Below, one piece after another: positions 59,909-64,000 of a stretch of 64,000 nt of DNA (its first letter is position 1; every line of letters begins with the position of its first letter). The notes below the pieces were generated by a model that had not been told where the DNA came from, made no database searches, and was given only the letters and a program-made list of their open reading frames with translations. Source of the DNA: Candidatus Kapaibacterium sp. (GTDB taxonomy: Bacteria > Bacteroidota > Ignavibacteria > Palsa-1295). A program made the position numbers and the translations under genes. The stretch covers positions 18,840 to 82,839 of the forward strand of contig JBBQGG010000001.1 in NCBI GenBank assembly GCA_038322815.1, in the 5' to 3' direction.

Positions 59909-62900
59909 TTATTTCGTAATAACAAATCTTCCGTGGATATTGGAAGAAGATGAAATTTCCTGCAGTATATACATATAACAGCCTCCGGCAAGATTACTGC
60001 CGTCAATCGAGAATTGATATTTTCCGGGATCCGACACGACTAATTCTTTTGCATCGACCATCCTTCCTAATTGATCATAAATTTTCATTCCGATAAGACC
60101 GGATATATTCGATGTGAACGGAATAATTGCTTGAAAATTATTATGTTCGGAGACGGGATTTGGATAAACTGCATCGGCAAATATTTTTATGTTTTTTCCA
60201 AGCTGCATAAATTTAACCAGTGTCGAATCTCCACAATGGTAAGCAAGTTTATATACAAGGCTTGCCGAGAGTATTCCCAAGTCACATTTTGCATACAGTG
60301 TATCGCCGCCATTAAGCTGCACATCAGATAGATCGAATGTTGTGGTGATCGAGTCCGTCAGACTTACGTAAAATTTAAATTCTAGAACCGGTTTTAAAGA
60401 ATCTATTTCCAGAGTCGGCAATCCCTGCAAGAAAATACGAATCGTAGAATGCTTTGGTGTACCCAGTTGCGGACCTGCAATATATCTGGCGTTAGGCACT
60501 AAGGCGTTAATGCCTGAGGGAGCAGGAAGAAGAGTAAGCAGATCGCTATTGAAATGCAGAGTAAAGGCAGCATCGCGAAGTCCTTTCCCATGAACGTTTT
60601 GCTGAGGGATCAACTGAACCGTAAATGTATCACCTGCATAAAAAACATTATGTGTAGGAAGCACACTTAATGTCAGCGTATCTGTTGGTATGATTCGGGC
60701 AAGAATCGTTACTATTCTGATTGGTCGTGTATCTGATACTGAGGTTATTGTTATTGTCCCGGTAATGGCTTCTGCCTGGTAAGGATCGAAGTGAAATGGA
60801 ATGCGGCTAGATTGATTCGAGATAAGCGGACTTAGACCCGGCGGAACAGTAATTTTGAAATTACCCTGCCCCTGAATATTGATACTCAGGATATCAAGAA
60901 GATCGCATCCAAGATTTTGAATATGAACTGCTGAATCACGGAAATCGCAAAGCTTCATTGTTCCGAGGTCGATCGTATCATGATCAAGAGAAAGTATCCT
61001 TGATCCATAACCGACGGTCAGAAAATATGAGATCAACGTATCATGGAGCGTATTATCTTTGGCAATACGGTAAGTTACATGCAGCTTTCCGCTAAAGTTA
61101 CCGAGATCTTTTGGTGTAACCTTTACGGTAATACCGATATTTTTCCCATTATTAATTGAAACAGGTAAACTTGATCCGAGTGTTAACGAAATATCAGGCG
61201 TCAGATTACCGGTCAGCTGCGCACTCGTTATTGTTATTGAATCACATCCGGGATTGGAAAGAGTGAAACGAAAAATCGTATCAGGATCGCATCGTGTAAG
61301 CTTTAAGTTAAAAAGTGTGTCCGTCGGCTCTGTCGAAACAAGTTTTGCAGCAGTGAAATATCCTGAGCCTTTAAGAATGATCTGTTTCGTCTGAGGTTCA
61401 CCAAGAGCAGTAAATGAGAGAGTTACTATGTCCCTTACCTTTTGTTGAGCATTCGGCGAAAAACGTACATGCACAAAACCTGTACCGCCAGGTGGAATGG
61501 GTGAGGTATACAGAGGTGTCCCTACCAAAGAGAAAACCAAGTTATTCTGAAGTGTTGCATCGGTAATGACTATCTCAACACAGCCATTGTTTTTAATCGG
61601 AATAAGTGAATCTTTCGTCTCACAAGTAGAAAGCAATCCGAAATCAACAGAATCCGGCAATGAGTAGGAGGCTTTTGCAGAAACTACTGCAGCGATATTG
61701 ATGATCGTATCTTTTCCGATGCCCTGATGTCTGAGTTTAAGCAGAAGATTCGAGGAGTAACTTCCTGCTAAACTTAGATTTAGCCGGACAATAAACGTGT
61801 CTATCCTCGATGGTGGTATTCCAAGCGGAAGTTGCAGCGGATTCCCTTTGGAATCAAGGACTACATAATATTGCGGAGCGCTTCCGCTGGCATTTAATAG
61901 AAAGAGTGTGTCACATCCGTTATTACGAATTATGAACGTCGTATCATGTGGCAGGCAATAAGGAATAGTATTAAAATTTAAGTTTGTCGGTGCAACATCG
62001 GCAAGAGGTGATTCGCCCACTGCGTGAACGGAGATCGTCACGGTTGTATCAAATGTCTTCCCCAGTATTTTGGAAAAATATTTAATCTTCACTTTGATCG
62101 TAACCGTCGTATCGCTATGGAATAACTTGAACGGCTGCCAGGTAAAACGAATCGAATCTTTTGCATTTGGTGCCAGCAGAAGCGGGAAGCTCGGCATTAC
62201 TGTCACCTTCAACGCTCCGCTTGAAATAATAGCTGAAGTAGTATCGAGAAGTTCAGCAGAAAGAATACTATCTTCGATACAGTAAAGGTTTTGGATCTGC
62301 AGTGAGGCATCACTTGTCGAGCATATTGGACCGGAGAAAACAATCGGATCTCCGAATATCTGCGGAGCAATAGGCGGCTCCTGTACCTGCCCATCCCCAC
62401 CATCGCGGGTTTTCCAGACATTACCCCTTGCATCGAATGCATAGATAATTCCTCCGTTACAGCCTGTGACGATAAAACGAGTATCCCGATCGTTGCCAGG
62501 ACCTCCGACATATTTCCATGTTAACCCCTTATCTATAGTTCGATACATCCCTAGAACAAATGGGGCTTTATTAACGCTACGATCTGTATCGGTCTGCACA
62601 TAAAGCATCTCTCCAAAACCTGCAATATGTCCGGTCGAATAAAAATTAACACCATTAGAAGATAGAGGTGCAACAGTAGTCCATGTCGCGCCATAATTTG
62701 CTGAACGCATTAATTGCGTTGAAGTTCTACCTGCAATTGGATCACCTTCGGCAGCAGTATAAAATATTGATGTGCCCTTCACACCATAAATGCTCCATGC
62801 TTCTCTTCGAATAATCGGGTTGATCTGCGTCCAAGTTTTGCCTCCATCCAAGGTACTCATCCAGCCGCCTTTTACAGTGTCGGTAAAACATGTCACTACT

Positions 62901-63430
62901 CCATGAGAAGCATCGACGAAATCAATGCCATTATTGAGTTTCATCTGTCCGTTAGCAAATGTGTTTCCGCCATCAGTGGAAATTTTAGCGAAAGAATTTC
63001 CATAGATATCTCTGCTCAGCCCTATGATCGCCGAAGGTGTTTCAAATACATTATTATATTGACCAATGGGACCTTTGACCTTCCAGGTTAACCCGCCGTC
63101 CGTAGTTATCCAAAGACATTGCTTCGTATCAAAATCCTCGATCGCTGCCCAGCCGCGCAAGGCATCCGTCATAAAAATTTGCGTGATGTAACCGCTTGTA
63201 AAACCGCCCGGTATGATTGTTTTAACCCAGTTTTTACCACCATCTGTTGTTTTATAAATACCATCGGAACCGCTTGACCCTATAAAGCCCACAAACTCAT
63301 TAAAGAAAAAACCTGAATGCGCTCCACTTGTGCTGAGAACCAAATTCCACGTTGCAAAAACAGGTATAGCAGAAAAAAGGACAATAAATGCCGTGATGGC
63401 AGTGAATGCAATAAGGCGACGCTGCTTCAT
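59909..63430 (-). CDS. BNR-repeat (sialidase-like) protein, 1173 aa, with T9SS type-A CTD
   Basis: Asp-box motifs (TTDGGKNW; TTDGGLTWK; STDGGNTF; TLDGGKTWT; TRDGGDGQ). C-terminal PNPVSEHNNFQAII...GMKIYDQLGRMV...CYMYIL CTD. N-terminus paralogous to the gene at 1..2069. Confidence 0.7.
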   Translation of the reverse strand: MKQRRLIAFTAITAFIVLFSAIPVFATWNLVLSTSGAHSGFFFNEFVGFIGSSGSDGIYKTTDGGKNWVKTIIPGGFTSGYITQIFMTDALRGWAAIEDFDTKQCLWITTDGGLTWKVKGPIGQYNNVFETPSAIIGLSRDIYGNSFAKISTDGGNTFANGQMKLNNGIDFVDASHGVVTCFTDTVKGGWMSTLDGGKTWTQINPIIRREAWSIYGVKGTSIFYTAAEGDPIAGRTSTQLMRSANYGATWTTVAPLSSNGVNFYSTGHIAGFGEMLYVQTDTDRSVNKAPFVLGMYRTIDKGLTWKYVGGPGNDRDTRFIVTGCNGGIIYAFDARGNVWKTRDGGDGQVQEPPIAPQIFGDPIVFSGPICSTSDASLQIQNLYCIEDSILSAELLDTTSAIISSGALKVTVMPSFPLLLAPNAKDSIRFTWQPFKLFHSDTTVTIKVKIKYFSKILGKTFDTTVTISVHAVGESPLADVAPTNLNFNTIPYCLPHDTTFIIRNNGCDTLFLLNASGSAPQYYVVLDSKGNPLQLPLGIPPSRIDTFIVRLNLSLAGSYSSNLLLKLRHQGIGKDTIINIAAVVSAKASYSLPDSVDFGLLSTCETKDSLIPIKNNGCVEIVITDATLQNNLVFSLVGTPLYTSPIPPGGTGFVHVRFSPNAQQKVRDIVTLSFTALGEPQTKQIILKGSGYFTAAKLVSTEPTDTLFNLKLTRCDPDTIFRFTLSNPGCDSITITSAQLTGNLTPDISLTLGSSLPVSINNGKNIGITVKVTPKDLGNFSGKLHVTYRIAKDNTLHDTLISYFLTVGYGSRILSLDHDTIDLGTMKLCDFRDSAVHIQNLGCDLLDILSINIQGQGNFKITVPPGLSPLISNQSSRIPFHFDPYQAEAITGTITITSVSDTRPIRIVTILARIIPTDTLTLSVLPTHNVFYAGDTFTVQLIPQQNVHGKGLRDAAFTLHFNSDLLTLLPAPSGINALVPNARYIAGPQLGTPKHSTIRIFLQGLPTLEIDSLKPVLEFKFYVSLTDSITTTFDLSDVQLNGGDTLYAKCDLGILSASLVYKLAYHCGDSTLVKFMQLGKNIKIFADAVYPNPVSEHNNFQAIIPFTSNISGLIGMKIYDQLGRMVDAKELVVSDPGKYQFSIDGSNLAGGCYMYILQEISSSSNIHGRFVITK

Positions 63431-63432
63431 AA

Positions 63433-63460
63433 TAGTTGTTATGTCATAGTTGTTATGTCG
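63433..63460. repeat. perfect 14-bp tandem direct repeat (ATAGTTGTTATGTC x2) immediately upstream of the BNR gene start codon
   Basis: 63433-63446 and 63447-63460 are identical. On the coding strand this reads GACATAACAACTAT GACATAACAACTAT T ATG. Confidence 0.8.
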
Positions 63461-63575
63461 CGAGCCAAAAATTAAGATAAAGCTCTACTATATAACTCCG
63501 AAAAGGAGGAAAAGTTACACTTTTCCCCACTAATTTTTATACTGACGAACAGCTTAGACTAATAACAAATGACTG

Positions 63576-64000
63576 CTACTGCGGCATAGGGATATTCGCC
63601 ATCATATCTCTCATCTGCTTGGAGACCTTTCCTTTGGAGAGCTTTTTCATCATCTTCTGCATTTCAGTAAATTGCTTGATGAGGCGATTGATCTCAACGA
63701 CTGATGTCCCAGATCCTCCCGCTATGCGCTCGCGGCGCGAAGCATTGAGGACTTGCGGGTAGCGGCGCTCATCTTTGGTCATGGAAGTAATGATCGCTTC
63801 AATGCGGTCGAACGATTTCTCGTCAATATTCGCATCTTTAATAGCAGCTTTATTCACACCGGGAATGTAGCCCATAAGGTCTTTTATCGAACCCATCTTT
63901 TTGATCTGCAGAAGCTGTTCGCGGAAATCATCAAGAGTGAATTCATTCTTGCGAAGTTTATCTTCCACTGATCTTGCATCTTCCTCGGAAATTTGTGCCT
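63576..64000 (-). CDS. ffh: signal recognition particle protein Ffh, C-terminal (M-domain) part; N-terminus beyond window end
   Basis: M-domain sequence (...GYIPG...RRERIAGGSGTSVVEINRLIKQF..MQKMMKK). The ORF stays open to coordinate 64000. Confidence 0.85.
   Translation of the reverse strand, partial: AQISEEDARSVEDKLRKNEFTLDDFREQLLQIKKMGSIKDLMGYIPGVNKAAIKDANIDEKSFDRIEAIITSMTKDERRYPQVLNASRRERIAGGSGTSVVEINRLIKQFTEMQKMMKKLSKGKVSKQMRDMMANIPMPQ

Noticed and set aside
1-64000. CRISPR array, integrase, transposase or prophage genes
   Set aside because: No regularly spaced repeat-spacer arrays and no recombinase- or transposase-like ORFs were seen. The tRNA genes are not flanked by integrase genes or obvious att duplications.

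Overview
The window looks like a chromosomal segment from a low-GC member of the FCB group (Bacteroidota/Ignavibacteriota-like). Evidence: many secreted proteins carry T9SS-type C-terminal sorting domains, there is a GWxTD-domain protein, and a TonB-dependent receptor has an N-terminal CarboxypepD_reg-like domain. About 45 genes are supportable, most on the minus strand. Housekeeping blocks are: rpsF-ssb-rplI plus engB; prs-rplY-pth; tRNA-Gln; truA; glmS; a ppiD-like isomerase; tRNA-Asn; a GH57 glucan enzyme; a TlpA-like thioredoxin; korA; ubiB; hppA; and a partial ffh at the window end. An envelope and LPS block holds an LpxL-family acyltransferase, a GT9 heptosyltransferase and a GWxTD protein. 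Interleaved is a large cell-surface/secretome component: three paralogous BNR-repeat (sialidase-like) proteins with T9SS CTDs (one truncated at the window start), a 1261-aa CTD protein, a metzincin protease with CTD, two PorV/PorQ-like outer-membrane barrels, a TonB-dependent receptor, and a 2059-aa giant surface protein in an operon with an FN3-repeat protein and a Trm112-ribbon SAM methyltransferase. Signals not explained by gene annotation: a small family of intergenic palindromic elements sharing GTCATT..AATGAC termini; an identical 16-mer AGAGAGAGAGAGTTCC upstream of two unrelated operons; a perfect 14-bp tandem duplication abutting a start codon; an MntH-USP fusion co-transcribed with a PduO adenosyltransferase and two tiny coupled ORFs; an S6-SSB-L9 operon lacking S18; and an orphan korA without korB. 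No CRISPR array, integrase or transposase was seen.
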